This document shows positions 21,860 to 32,517 of a stretch of DNA of 64,000 bases, one piece after another. The position numbers and the translations under genes are program-made. Origin of the DNA: an uncultured delta proteobacterium (lineage in GTDB: Bacteria > Desulfobacterota > Desulfomonilia > UBA1062); the NCBI GenBank assembly GCA_963752595.1, contig CAVVYZ010000009.1, forward strand, positions 192,001 through 256,000, read 5' to 3'. How positions within the stretch are numbered: position 1 is the first letter of the stretch; the number at the start of each line of letters is the position of its first letter. Below the pieces are notes generated by a model. It was given only the letters and a program-made list of their open reading frames with translations, ran no database searches and was not told where the DNA came from.

Positions 21860-22636
21860 ATGAAGGACGTGCAGAAACAGAAGCCCGATAATCCTCTCTA
21901 TATCCAGAAGGTGGGCGTGAAGGGGATATCATATCCCATCGTGGTCTCGGACAAGGCAAAGGGAACCCAGAACACGGTCGCCTCCATCAATCTCTACGTG
22001 GACCTTCCCCGGGTGTTCAAGGGGACCCACATGAGCAGGTTTATCGAGGTGCTCAATGAATACAAGGACAATATCCACATCAGGAATTTCGAGCACATTC
22101 TCAATGAGATCCGCACCGCCCTTGAAGCGCAGAGCGCCCACATGGAGATCGAGTTCCCTTATTTCATCGAAAAGAAGGCGCCCGTAACCGCCTCGGTCGG
22201 GCTGATGGAATACCGGTGTTCCTTCATTGGCATGGTGGGGATGAAACGCGAGTTCAAGGTGGGGGTAAAGGTTCCCGTACAGACCCTGTGCCCCTGCTCG
22301 AAAGAGATCAGCGAGTTCGGAGCCCACAACCAGCGCGGTCTCGTTACGGCCGTCGTACGGTATGAGAAGTTCTTCTGGATGGAAGATCTCATCGCGCTTA
22401 TCGAAAGCTGTGCATCGAGTCCGGTGTATCCCATCCTCAAGCGCCCCGATGAGAAATATGTCACCGAGTATGCCTATGAACACCCCATGTTCGTGGAAGA
22501 TGTGGTGAGGCAGGTGGCCTCCAGCCTCAACACTATGAGCGAATTTTCCTGGTATTCCGTTGAGGCCGAGAATCTGGAGAGCATTCACAACCACAGCGCC
22601 TATGCATACATAGAGGGCGTCGGGGCCCATGGATAA
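21860..22636 (+). CDS. folE2: GTP cyclohydrolase FolE2 (type IB)
   Basis: KGTHMSRF, TLCPCSKEIS..GAHNQRG, KRPDEKYVTE, FVEDVVR, ESIHNHSAYA. Confidence 0.95.
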   Translation: MKDVQKQKPDNPLYIQKVGVKGISYPIVVSDKAKGTQNTVASINLYVDLPRVFKGTHMSRFIEVLNEYKDNIHIRNFEHILNEIRTALEAQSAHMEIEFPYFIEKKAPVTASVGLMEYRCSFIGMVGMKREFKVGVKVPVQTLCPCSKEISEFGAHNQRGLVTAVVRYEKFFWMEDLIALIESCASSPVYPILKRPDEKYVTEYAYEHPMFVEDVVRQVASSLNTMSEFSWYSVEAENLESIHNHSAYAYIEGVGAHG

Positions 22637-23636
22637 GGATACCCTCCCGGCCGGGAAGCTACCCATAGCACTCCTCGACAAGATGCTCAGAGGGCTGCCG
22701 GCTTCCGATCCGAACGTCCTTGCCGGCCCCGGGATCGGTATCGATGCTGCAGTAATCCGCTTCGGCGAACAGATACTGGTGTTCAAGACAGACCCCATCA
22801 CCTTCACCAGCGACCGTCTCCCCTGGTATCTCGTTACCGTCAATGCAAACGACATTGCCTGCATGGGAGGGACCCCGCGCTATCTTCTGGTAACATTCCT
22901 GCTGCCCGATGCAAAGACCACTCCTTCATATGTAGAGACGCTGTTTTCCGAGCTCAGAGAAGCATGCGAAGCCTTTGATATCACCCTGGCAGGAGGACAT
23001 ACCGAGGTCACCCTCGGGATTGAGCGGCCCATTGCCGTCGGGTTCATGATAGGCGTGGCAGAGTCCGAAGATCTCATCAGGCCTTCCGGTGCGAAACCGG
23101 GAGATGCCGTTTTACTCTCAAAGAGAATTCCCATTGAGGCCCTATCCATCATTGCCTCGGAAAAGGGGGAAGAGCTCTCCATTGACAGAGACATCGTGAA
23201 AATGGCACGTAACCTCATCATCGAGCCGGGCATCAGCATCCTGAAGGAAGCGCGGATCGCAACATCGCACGGCGGCGTGACGGCCATGCACGATCCTACC
23301 GAAGGCGGGCTCGCAACGGGATTAAGAGAGATAGCCATAGCCTGCGGGTGTGGAATCAGGGTTTATCGCGAACGCATCCCGGTGCTGGATATCGCAGAAA
23401 AAATCCTCCCGCAATTTTCCATCGATCCCTTGGGCGCCCTGGCATCGGGATCCCTCATCGTCTGCTGCAGCCGGTCCGATGCAGAAGGTATCCTGGCCGC
23501 ATGGGTACAAAACGGCATCGAGGGCTCTCTAATCGGCGAGATCACGGCCTCTCCCGAGATACTCCTCATCGAAAACGGCGTCCCCCGCCCTCTCCCTGAA
23601 TTCCCCTCCGACGAAATCACAAAGATATTTTCCTGA
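22629..23636 (+). CDS. PurM/AIR synthase superfamily protein (HypE-like, lacking the C-terminal PRIC Cys)
   Basis: GKLP, GPGIGIDAAV, KTDPIT, NANDIACMGG, GGHTEVT, AMHDPTEGGL; ends DEITKIFS. Confidence 0.85.
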   Translation: MDKDTLPAGKLPIALLDKMLRGLPASDPNVLAGPGIGIDAAVIRFGEQILVFKTDPITFTSDRLPWYLVTVNANDIACMGGTPRYLLVTFLLPDAKTTPSYVETLFSELREACEAFDITLAGGHTEVTLGIERPIAVGFMIGVAESEDLIRPSGAKPGDAVLLSKRIPIEALSIIASEKGEELSIDRDIVKMARNLIIEPGISILKEARIATSHGGVTAMHDPTEGGLATGLREIAIACGCGIRVYRERIPVLDIAEKILPQFSIDPLGALASGSLIVCCSRSDAEGILAAWVQNGIEGSLIGEITASPEILLIENGVPRPLPEFPSDEITKIFS

Positions 23637-24020
23637 CGGTTCAGCAATGTGAGAGCCATTGGATTGATAAATTCAAGGTTTTGGGTACGGGGTAATACGT
23701 CTGAGCGTTGGACAACAAAGGGGCTCTTCCTATCCTGAACAGCCCTTTTTGATACATCTTCAGGCTCGTGAAGTGCTGCACCTCCCCGTCCTTCGGTACT
23801 GTTCTCCAGTCAATGCTTCTATTGGGGGATAGGGCAATTGCATACGATGTTATCCCAGTTAAAACTTTGGATCCGGTTTATTAACTTGCTCCTTGAGTTC
23901 TAAACCTCGGTAGGGATGGCATTGTTTTCAGGTTCCTCTATCGCGGGTATGTATCCCCTTCCAATCGTTTCGAGCTCCCAACGGAAAAAGAAACGAAGGG
24001 ATTAAGCTTGGAACGTGCCT

Positions 24021-24200
24021 AAGGAAAGCCAGGGGGTATAGGCGCTTGCCTCAGGCACTTTTTGTTTGCATCCCGGCGAAACCTGAGGGCGCTTGATCCC
24101 GGATGTTTGAGCGGAGCGAGTTTCCGGGATCGCCCGCAGATGAGCCGATCGGATGCATCAAAAAGTGCCGTAGCGAGGGCCTATACCCCCTGGCTCCCCT
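24021..24200. repeat. Long imperfect palindrome (stem-loop/MITE-like element)
   Basis: Nested inverted pairs AGCCAGGGGGTATAGG/CCTATACCCCCTGGCT, GGCACTTTTTG/CAAAAAGTGCC, TGCATCC/GGATGCA, GATCCCGGA/TCCGGGATC around loop TGTTTGAGCGGAGCGAGTT. Confidence 0.85.
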
Positions 24201-24293
24201 TCTCCTCCATACCCAGGTCTTTCAAAATCAGATAATCGAGTCAGGAAACCCCTGGCATCCTTTTTCTTTGGAACTGATTGTACTTGAATTCTC

Positions 24294-25652
24294 TTACTTT
24301 TTTACCAGCTGCATGACCAGGGAGGTGTCGCCGTTTCCCGATAGGAATTTCTCGTTTACCAGGAGTTTCAGCAGCAGATCGATATTCGTGGTGAGTCCCT
24401 CTACTTTTGTCTCCTTGAGCATCCTCGCCATGCGCTTCAAGGCCCCGGAACGGGTGCTGTTATGGGCAATGAGCTTTACCAGGAGCGGATCGTAGTAGGG
24501 GCTGATGACACACCCCTGAAAGAGATGCGTATCGACCCTGGCTCCCGGCCCGCCGGGCAGGCGCAGGTTGGTGATGGTCCCGGTTGTCGGCATGAAGTTC
24601 TTTGCGGTATTCTCCGCATTGATCCTGCATTCGATGGCATGGCCCTTGATGCAGGGGTTCTCATTCCCCAAGCCGGCTCCTGCAGCGACCATGATCTGTT
24701 CCCGGACCATATCGATCCCGGTGACCATTTCGGTTACGGGATGCTCCACCTGCAATCTGCCGTTTATCTCGAGAAAATAGATGCTGCCGTCCTGGTCCAT
24801 GAGATACTCGACAGTGCCGAGGCCTTTGAACCTGATGGCCCGGATGATCATTTCGGACCAATTCCAGAGATCCTCCCGCACGCGTTCATCGATATTGGGG
24901 ATCGGCGCCTCTTCGATAATCTTCTGGTGCCTCCTCTGGATCGAGCACTCGCGGTCGCTCAGGATCTGTATCCCACCGTTTTCATCTGCCAGGACCTGGA
25001 CTTCGAGGTGGCGCGGAGAGGTGATATAGTGTTCAAGGTAGACTTCGTTGCGCCCGAAGGCCGCGTCTGCCTCGCTGCTGACCCCGTCAAACTGCTGGCG
25101 CAGCTGCTCTTCGTTATGCGCGACCTTCATCCCCCTGCCGCCACCGCCATAGAGAGATTTCAAGATCACCGGCATCCCGAGCTGCCTGGCCATCAGAACG
25201 GTCTGCTCGATATCGGCGATCACCCCGTAAGAGCCTGGTATGGTAGGAATATTCAGAGACCTGGCAACCTCCTTGGTCCGTGACTTGTTGCCGATGGTCC
25301 GCAGTGTCGCGCTCGAGGGGCCGATGAAAGCGATTCCATTCTCCTCGCACATTGCAGCAAAATTGGGATTCTCGGAGAGGAACCCGTACCCGGGATGGAT
25401 GGCATTGGCCTTCCACCCGAGCGCCGCGCTTATAATCGCTTCGATATTCAGGTAGCTTTTGGAAGGCTGGGCCGGGCCGATCTGGATCGCCTCATCGGCC
25501 ATCGTGATATACTCCATGTCCTTGTCGGCCTCGGAATACACGACGATGGTCTCCAGCCCCATCTCTCTGGCTGTCCTCAAAACCCGTAAAACTACCTCTC
25601 CACGGTTCGCGATGAGAATCCTTTTCATAAAACCAGTTCTTATGCCGGTCAT
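24294..25652 (-). CDS. accC: Biotin carboxylase subunit (AccC / pyruvate carboxylase subunit A family)
   Basis: KRILIANRGE, AIHPGYGFLSEN, GGGGRGM, RECSIQRRHQK, RLQVEHPVTE, GHAIECRINAE. Confidence 0.88.
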   Translation of the reverse strand: MTGIRTGFMKRILIANRGEVVLRVLRTAREMGLETIVVYSEADKDMEYITMADEAIQIGPAQPSKSYLNIEAIISAALGWKANAIHPGYGFLSENPNFAAMCEENGIAFIGPSSATLRTIGNKSRTKEVARSLNIPTIPGSYGVIADIEQTVLMARQLGMPVILKSLYGGGGRGMKVAHNEEQLRQQFDGVSSEADAAFGRNEVYLEHYITSPRHLEVQVLADENGGIQILSDRECSIQRRHQKIIEEAPIPNIDERVREDLWNWSEMIIRAIRFKGLGTVEYLMDQDGSIYFLEINGRLQVEHPVTEMVTGIDMVREQIMVAAGAGLGNENPCIKGHAIECRINAENTAKNFMPTTGTITNLRLPGGPGARVDTHLFQGCVISPYYDPLLVKLIAHNSTRSGALKRMARMLKETKVEGLTTNIDLLLKLLVNEKFLSGNGDTSLVMQLVKK

Positions 25653-25844
25653 ATGACCAAGTCAAGCATCAGGAACAGGATCCAAAGGATTCAGCCCATT
25701 ATGAGAGGAAGTGGATCATCCGCGAGGAAATCCGGGTAATCTTATCGCATTATCATGAAAGATTGAGAAACCCTTGCGCTGCAGCCGATGCCAGGGTAAG
25801 AATGCCTTCTCCGCTCGCCATAGAGACAATTCGAAAATTCAACC

Positions 25845-26735
25845 TTGGAAAGGAGACATCCCGTGAGAAGAGTTGTCACGTATCTATTATTCATTTCTTT
25901 AGTGATAGCTGTCTCTACCTCCGCATGGCCTCTGGAAGAGACATGGGTAACGCATATCGAAAACCGCCTGGTGGAAAAAGGAATGGAAAGGGGTTGGGTA
26001 GAATCCCTACTCAGTGATCCAAGGCTCACCCTGAACCCGCAGATCATCATCGACAATCTTTTCTTTTCAAGCCCTGCAGGAAGCAAAGAACAGCCTCAGA
26101 TCATGAAGATCGATCCCAAGTATATCGAGAAAGGCCGTGAATTCATCAACGAGAATGCAGGCATGCTCTCATCCGTCGAGAAGAGATATGGAACTTCTCC
26201 CGGAATCGTGGCCGCCATCCTTATCGTGGAGTCCAAACTGGGAACGCTCCAGCCGCGTCAGAGCGCTTTTGCCGCCTTTTCTTCCCTCGTTGCGATCCTC
26301 GACCCGGAGTATTTCCGGCAAGTTCAGGAAGTCTATGCCAAAAAATTCCCTGCCGTCAAAGACGAGGCAACCGCCATCAGAGCCCGGCAAAAGGCGGAAT
26401 GGGCACTTGACCAGCTGCATCAGCTCCTCCGGATCGCTACGGATTTGCAGACCGATCCGCTCGGCATCACGGGTTCTTTTTCCGGGGCCATGGGTCCGGC
26501 ACAGTTCATTCCCTCTTCGTTCATGAGATTCGGCGTGGATGGGGATGGTGACGGGAAACGCGATCCGTTCAACATTGCGGATGCGACTGCGAGCATAGGC
26601 TCCTATCTCAAGAGCGCCGGATGGAAGGAGGCGGCGGGCGAAGAACAGAAACGCCAAGCCATATGGTCTTATAATCACAGCCTGGTTTATGTGAATACCA
26701 TCATCATGCTCTACGAGGAACTTTCCGGACAGTAA
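25845..26735 (+). CDS. Lytic murein transglycosylase (MltB/SLT_2 family)
   Basis: AAILIVESKLG (catalytic Glu), GSFSGAMGPAQFIPSS, VDGDGDGKRD EF-hand, WSYNHS. Confidence 0.88.
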   Translation: MERRHPVRRVVTYLLFISLVIAVSTSAWPLEETWVTHIENRLVEKGMERGWVESLLSDPRLTLNPQIIIDNLFFSSPAGSKEQPQIMKIDPKYIEKGREFINENAGMLSSVEKRYGTSPGIVAAILIVESKLGTLQPRQSAFAAFSSLVAILDPEYFRQVQEVYAKKFPAVKDEATAIRARQKAEWALDQLHQLLRIATDLQTDPLGITGSFSGAMGPAQFIPSSFMRFGVDGDGDGKRDPFNIADATASIGSYLKSAGWKEAAGEEQKRQAIWSYNHSLVYVNTIIMLYEELSGQ

Positions 26736-26816
26736 GGGAGGAATGCTGCCAGATACGGCCTTGAAGAATCTATGTATGCATGCTATTCCCAGATTCGGAG
26801 AACAATTGTGAATATA

Positions 26817-27686
26817 ATGGCGCTTACAGATGAGAAAAAGGAGATATTCGATACATTCCTCCATTCATATCTGCTGCAGCCGGATGCCCGGTCGGGAATC
26901 TTTTCGGCCTTCTCCTACAGTCTCAAAGCCGGAGGAAAGCGCATCCGCCCTATCCTGACCATGCTGGCGTGCGAGTGCCTCGGCGGGCAGGGGAGCGACG
27001 CTCTGCCTGCAGCCCTTGCCATTGAAATGATCCATACCTTCAGTCTGATCCATGACGACCTGCCTGCCCTGGACGACGACGGCCTCAGGAGGGGACGTCC
27101 CACCTGCCATGCCGAATTCGGAGAGGCAACCGCAATCCTTGCAGGGGACGCCCTGATTTTCCAGGCCCTGTCGGTCATCAGTGCGGCCCCCTACCCCCTG
27201 GAGGCCAGGTTCGATATCATCAAGACCCTGTCGGGCGTGTGCGGAATCGGAGGCCTGGTTCAGGGAGAATACGAGGATGTCATGGCAGAAGGGAATGATC
27301 TCCCGTTTGAGGATATCAAGGAGATCTACCGGAAAAAGACCTCTCGTCTCTTCGAGCTCTGCATGTACTCGGGCGCCCGTATAGCGAGCTCCGATACGGA
27401 AAAAATTGCCTTGCTCGTGGAGTATGGGACTCATATCGGGCTGGCATTCCAGGCCGTTGATGACATATTGGACATGACTTCGAACGATGGGAATCTGGGC
27501 AAGACACCCGGCAAGGATCTCCTCCAGGATAAAGCGACCGTGGTAAAGGCTTTGGGAATCGAGGATGCCCGCCTGTGGGCGGAAGAGATGACGAACAGGG
27601 CCATAGCAGGCATAGAGAGCTTCGAAAACGATGCATCGGAGGCGCTCAGAGAAATAGCGCTGTCGATGCTGAATCGTTTAAAGTAA
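26817..27686 (+). CDS. ispA: Farnesyl/geranylgeranyl diphosphate synthase
   Basis: GGKRIRP, HTFSLIHDDLPALDDDGLRRGRPT, GLAFQAVDDILD, GKTPGKD; upstream of dxs. Confidence 0.92.
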   Translation: MALTDEKKEIFDTFLHSYLLQPDARSGIFSAFSYSLKAGGKRIRPILTMLACECLGGQGSDALPAALAIEMIHTFSLIHDDLPALDDDGLRRGRPTCHAEFGEATAILAGDALIFQALSVISAAPYPLEARFDIIKTLSGVCGIGGLVQGEYEDVMAEGNDLPFEDIKEIYRKKTSRLFELCMYSGARIASSDTEKIALLVEYGTHIGLAFQAVDDILDMTSNDGNLGKTPGKDLLQDKATVVKALGIEDARLWAEEMTNRAIAGIESFENDASEALREIALSMLNRLK

Positions 27687-27689
27687 AGT

Positions 27690-29547
27690 ATGGGAAACAT
27701 GCTGGATAAGATTTCTTCACCAAAGGACATCAAGAAGCTGAGCTTGCAGGAAATGGAGATCCTCGCAGCCGAGATCCGGGAGTGTATCATCGAGAACGTA
27801 AGCCGCTGCGGAGGCCACCTTGCATCCAGCCTGGGCACGGTGGAGCTTACCCTGGCAATGCACTATGTATTCAACACCCCCCAGGATAAAATCCTCTGGG
27901 ACGTCGGGCATCAGGCCTATGCCCACAAGATCATCACCGGCAGGAGAGACGCTTTCTCCAGCTTGAGGCAGCGGGGGATCAGCGCCTTCATCAATCCCGA
28001 AGGAAAGCCCGTATGATGCCTTCGTTTCCGGGCACACCGGCAATGCCATCCCCGCCGCAAGCGGCATCTGCGAAACCATGGCCATGGCCGGATGCCGGAA
28101 CCGAGGTAATCGCGGTCATCGGCGACGGATCCCTCTCCAACGGGCTGACCTTCGAGGGCCTGAACTTCGTCGGGCATGAAAAAGCAGAAGCTCATCGTGG
28201 TGCTCAACGACAATAACATGTTCATCTCCCAGCGCGTGGGGGCCATCGCCGATTACCTGAGCAGGACCATGACATCGAGAAGGGTCCGGGAAGTCAAGGA
28301 GGAGCATAAAGAACATCCTCAAGGGGAATACCTTTGTGCGGCGACGCCATCTACCGGTTGGCCAAGCATCATAGAGGGAAACCTAAAGAGTGCGGTCACC
28401 GAAGGCCTTCTGTTCGAGGAGCTGGGCTTCCGGTATGTGGGCCCCATCGACGGGCACAAGATCGACCACCTCATCCAGGCCTTTCGAGAATATCTCCGAC
28501 CATGACGGAGCCGATCTTCCTCCATGTCATCACCAAAAAGGGCCGGGTATGTCCCTGCAATGAAGGACCCGGAGCACTTTCACGGCATCGGGAAATTCGA
28601 CATGGAAAGCGGTGAGGTAAAGACCGATCCGGATGACGTCACCTACTCGGATATCTTCGGAAAGGCGCTGGCCAGGCTTGCAAAAAGGGACCCGCGCATC
28701 GTTGCCGTCAGTGCTGCCATGACCACCGGGTACGGGGCTGAAGAATTTTGCCCACCGATACCCGGACAGGTTCTTCGATGTGGGCATTGCCGAAGGGCAT
28801 GCCGTGACCATGGCCGCGGGCATGGCGCTCTACGGCCTCAGGCCGGTGGTGGCCATCTACTCCACCTTCCTCCAGAGAAGCTATGACCAGATCATCCACG
28901 ACGTGGCCCTGCAGAATGCGCCGGTGATCTTTGCCGTGGACCGGGCAGGGCTCGTGGGCCCCGACGGTCCGACCCACCACGGCGCCTTCGACATCGCCAT
29001 ATTTCAGGAGCGTTCCCAACATGACAATCCTGGTCCCCAGGGACCAGCTCATGCTGGAGAAGATGCTCGCCCATGGCTTTGAAACTGCAGGGCCGGTGGC
29101 CATCCGGTATCCCAGGGACAAGGTCGTCGCATGCCCCGATCAAGGGCTCCTGGCTGAAGCTCGGCAGGCAGAGGTCCTCAGAACCGGTACCAGGCGGTGG
29201 TGTTCTGCGCCGGGCCATTATGTTACACGTGTCCTGAAGGCAACTAGAAGACATGGAAGACGTTGCCGTAGTCGATCTCGTCTGTGCAAAACCCCTCGAT
29301 ACAAAGACCATCCGGGAGCAGTGATCGCCTGCCAGGGAAAATTCATCGTCGTGGAAGACGGATGCATCCAGGGCGGCGTGGGCTCTGCCGATTCTCGAAT
29401 CGCTCCAGTGATCTGGAATGCCCCTTAAGGTTCGAGCTCATAGGCATTCCCGACGAGTTCGTTGAGCACGGGTCCTTGAGCGATCTCAGGGCAATCCTCG
29501 GGCTGGACCTGGAAGGAATCCGCAAGACGATCAAAGAATTCCTATGA
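27690..29547 (+). CDS. dxs: 1-deoxy-D-xylulose-5-phosphate synthase (multiple frameshifts)
   Basis: [77 protein letters not shown] across frames. Confidence 0.93.
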
Positions 29548-30288
29548 AGATGCGCCTGGATAAGTTACTGGTGGAAAAGGGCTTGGCCGAGACGACGATC
29601 AAAGGCGCTCGCCCTGATTTTGACAGGCAGCGTGCTCGTCAAGGGAGTGCCGGTGACCAAGGCGGGCACCCCCATCGAAGAAGACTCAGAAATCCTCGTA
29701 AGATCCATTGCCGAAATACGTGAGCAGGGCGGCGCTCAAGCTGGAGGCTGCGCTCGATGCCTTCGACATGGACGTGCAGGACAAGATCGCCATCGATATC
29801 GGTGCATCCACCGGGGGGTTCATCGATGATCATGCTCCAGAGGGGGCTGCGAAGGTCTATGCCGTGGATGTGGGACACGGCCAGCTCCACTGGAAGCTGC
29901 GCACCCACCCCCGGGTCATCAACCTCGAGGGGGTCAATGCCCGGATGCTCGATCCGGACGCTTATCCCCGAGCCTGTGCGACATCGCCACCTTCGACGTA
30001 TCCTTCATCTCGCTCAAGCTGGTCATCCCTCCCGTCTTGAAGGTCCTGAAAAGCCCTGTCGCACATCATAGCCCTGATCAAGCCCCAGTTCGAGGCGGGC
30101 AAGAGAACAGATCGGCAAAGGCGGGCTGATCCGAAGGATGATGGTATTGCACGGAAGTCATTCATGATATTGAGGAGTTTCTCATTGGATTGAACTGCGA
30201 GGTATCCGGCACGATCCCTTCCCCGGTGAAGGGAGCGAAGGGGAACCAGGAATATCTCGTCCATGCACTGTACAGAGGAGTGCGATGA
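29544..30288 (+). CDS. tlyA: TlyA family rRNA methyltransferase (frameshifted)
   Basis: MRLDKLLV S4 domain, [48 protein letters not shown]. Confidence 0.92.
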
Positions 30289-31918
30289 AGATCACCATCG
30301 CGCGCTACGCAGGCTTCTGCTTCGGTGTCCGCAGGGCCATCGACATCACCTTCAAGGTGAGGCAGAAAAACCCTGATAAACGGATCTATACCCTGGGCCA
30401 GATCATCCACAACCCCCAGGTCATCGATGCCCTCAAGCACCGGGGGATCGGGATCGTCCACGACATCGACGACAACCGCGCTGAACGCCGGCGATATCGC
30501 CATCGTCCGGGCCCACGGCATCTCACCGGAAAAGAAAAGACCCTCAAGGACAGGGGCGTGGAGGTGATCGATGCCGCCTGCCCCATGGTGCTCAAGGTGC
30601 AGTCCATCATCAAAAAGGCCACCAAGAACGCCGACCTCGTCGCCATCGTCGGCGATAAGGACCATCCGGAGATGGACGCCCATCTCGGGCTGGCAGGGGA
30701 AAAGGGGGTCATCATCGAAAACGTGGCGGATGCGAAAAAGCTATCCCATGTGAGACAGGCTGGCCGTGGTGGCGCAGACCACCTTCGATGTCGCCATCTA
30801 CAAGGACATCATCGACGTCCTGAGAGAAAAAGCCGACATCCTGGACGTCTCGGACACCATCTGCCGCTCCACCGTGGACCGGCAGAGCGAGGTGCGGGAC
30901 CTGGCAAAGGACCACGACACCTTCATCATCATCGGCGGCAAAGACTCTGCAAATACCAAACGCCTTGCCGAGATCGCGGCCAAGGAGAAACGGAAGGTCA
31001 TCCAGGATGGAAACCCCCGATCAGCTCAAAGACGTCAACCTGCCCCAGGAACAAGGTGGCGGTCATTGCCGGGGCATCCACGCCTCACTGGGTGATCGAG
31101 GAATGCATCGACGCCCTGAAATCCGCCCACACCCATCCGGGCGTCGAGAATACGATACTCGACACTCCTGGCCAGAACACCGCTGCTCTGCCGTCGCTGG
31201 GCAGCATGGGGGTCGCCATGGCCGCGCTGGTATTCTGCGGGCAACCCTATTCCTGGGAAGTGCTGCTGTCGGTTTTCTTCCTGTGCACTTCGCATCCACC
31301 GGCCCGCACCGCAAAGCCAGACAGTGGCCGCTGTGGGCCGTTTCCACCGGCATCGCCGTCTCGCTGGCGCTTGTCTCCACCGGACTGATCGGCGGGCTCC
31401 TCATCATCGGCATCTCCCTGCTGCGGCCCATGATCGACGTGGGCGGCGTGAAGGACTACCTCAGGAGCATCTATGGCCTCGTCATCTTCATCCTCATATC
31501 CATCATAGCTCCCTTGAGCCTTACCGCGTCCGCATTGAAGCCGAGCATCCTCCTGCTCACGGCCTACGTAGCCGTCCACTATCTCGGGGTTGAGATCCTG
31601 CTGGGCCTCAAGAACATGGAGAGGGACGCCATCATCGGCCGCATGAGCCTTGCCAGATACATCCACGAGGAGAATTCCATCCTGATCCTGGAATACGCTA
31701 TCATGGGGCTTGCGCTCGTACTCTTCCTGAGCTTTCCGCTCAAGATAGCCCCTGCCCTCGCCTACGGGCTCCTGCCCCCACTCTTCTTCCTGGCAAAGGG
31801 CATCGACTTCTACAGCGAGCAGGTGATCTTCGACAACCGCATGTACACTATCTATGTCCAGGGCCTCTGGGCGATCCTGCCTGCCATGGGCTTGCTATGG
31901 AAGTACACCATGATGTGA
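30285..31918 (+). CDS. ispH: HMBPP reductase IspH with fused C-terminal multi-pass membrane (UbiA-like) domain (frameshifted)
   Basis: GFCFGV, IIHNPQV, DAACPMV, AQTT, DTICRST, GGKDSANT, AGASTP; reading continues without a stop into hydrophobic helices. Confidence 0.88.
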
Positions 31919-32011
31919 CGGCTTCACAGCCCTGCAGTTCTCTGCACGCGATTTGACTTAGAAGGCTTCAGCGCTATCTTGTATTTATGAACGCATACAG
32001 GAGGGGCGCGG

Positions 32012-32479
32012 ATGGAAGAAAAAAGGCTTGGAGATTATATTGATATTGCAATTCAGAGGGAAGAGGAAGCAAGAAGCTTTTACCTGGATCTCATGACCAG
32101 GGTACGCGATGCGGCCGGGCAGGAGGCACTCAAACTCCTTGCGGGAGAAGAAGTAAAACACAAGGAATTCCTCATAAGCTATCGCGATGGCGGCCATAGG
32201 CCTGACGGGTTGAGGATGAACGACCCGATCGACTATAGGATAGCCGAGCACATGGACAATCCCGACATCACGGGCGATATGCAGAGCAAGGATGTATATC
32301 TCGTGGCAGCCCACAGGGAGCTCAACTCTTATAATTTTTACAAAGCGCTGGCCGATCTCCATCCTCAGGGTGGGCTCAGGGACATGTTCAATAAAATTGC
32401 CGGCGAAGAGCTCCGACACAAGGAAAAGGTCGAATATCTCTATTCCAATGCTGCCTTTGCCCAGACCGACGGGGGATAG
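32012..32479 (+). CDS. Ferritin-like/rubrerythrin family protein
   Basis: Two repeats of A..REE.A..FY ... EE.KH diiron motifs. Confidence 0.88.
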   Translation: MEEKRLGDYIDIAIQREEEARSFYLDLMTRVRDAAGQEALKLLAGEEVKHKEFLISYRDGGHRPDGLRMNDPIDYRIAEHMDNPDITGDMQSKDVYLVAAHRELNSYNFYKALADLHPQGGLRDMFNKIAGEELRHKEKVEYLYSNAAFAQTDGG

Positions 32480-32517
32480 CACCCTGATGGCGCCGGAGGA
32501 GAGAGCTTCACGGAGAC

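Noticed and set aside
22629-23636. Calling this gene hypE, thiL or selD
   Set aside because: No C-terminal PRIC Cys, no hydrogenase genes nearby, and no specific ThiL/SelD signature recognised.
23637-24020. Long non-coding stretch as a possible ncRNA (6S, RNase P, tmRNA) or riboswitch
   Set aside because: No diagnostic motif recognised by eye; an Rfam scan would be needed.
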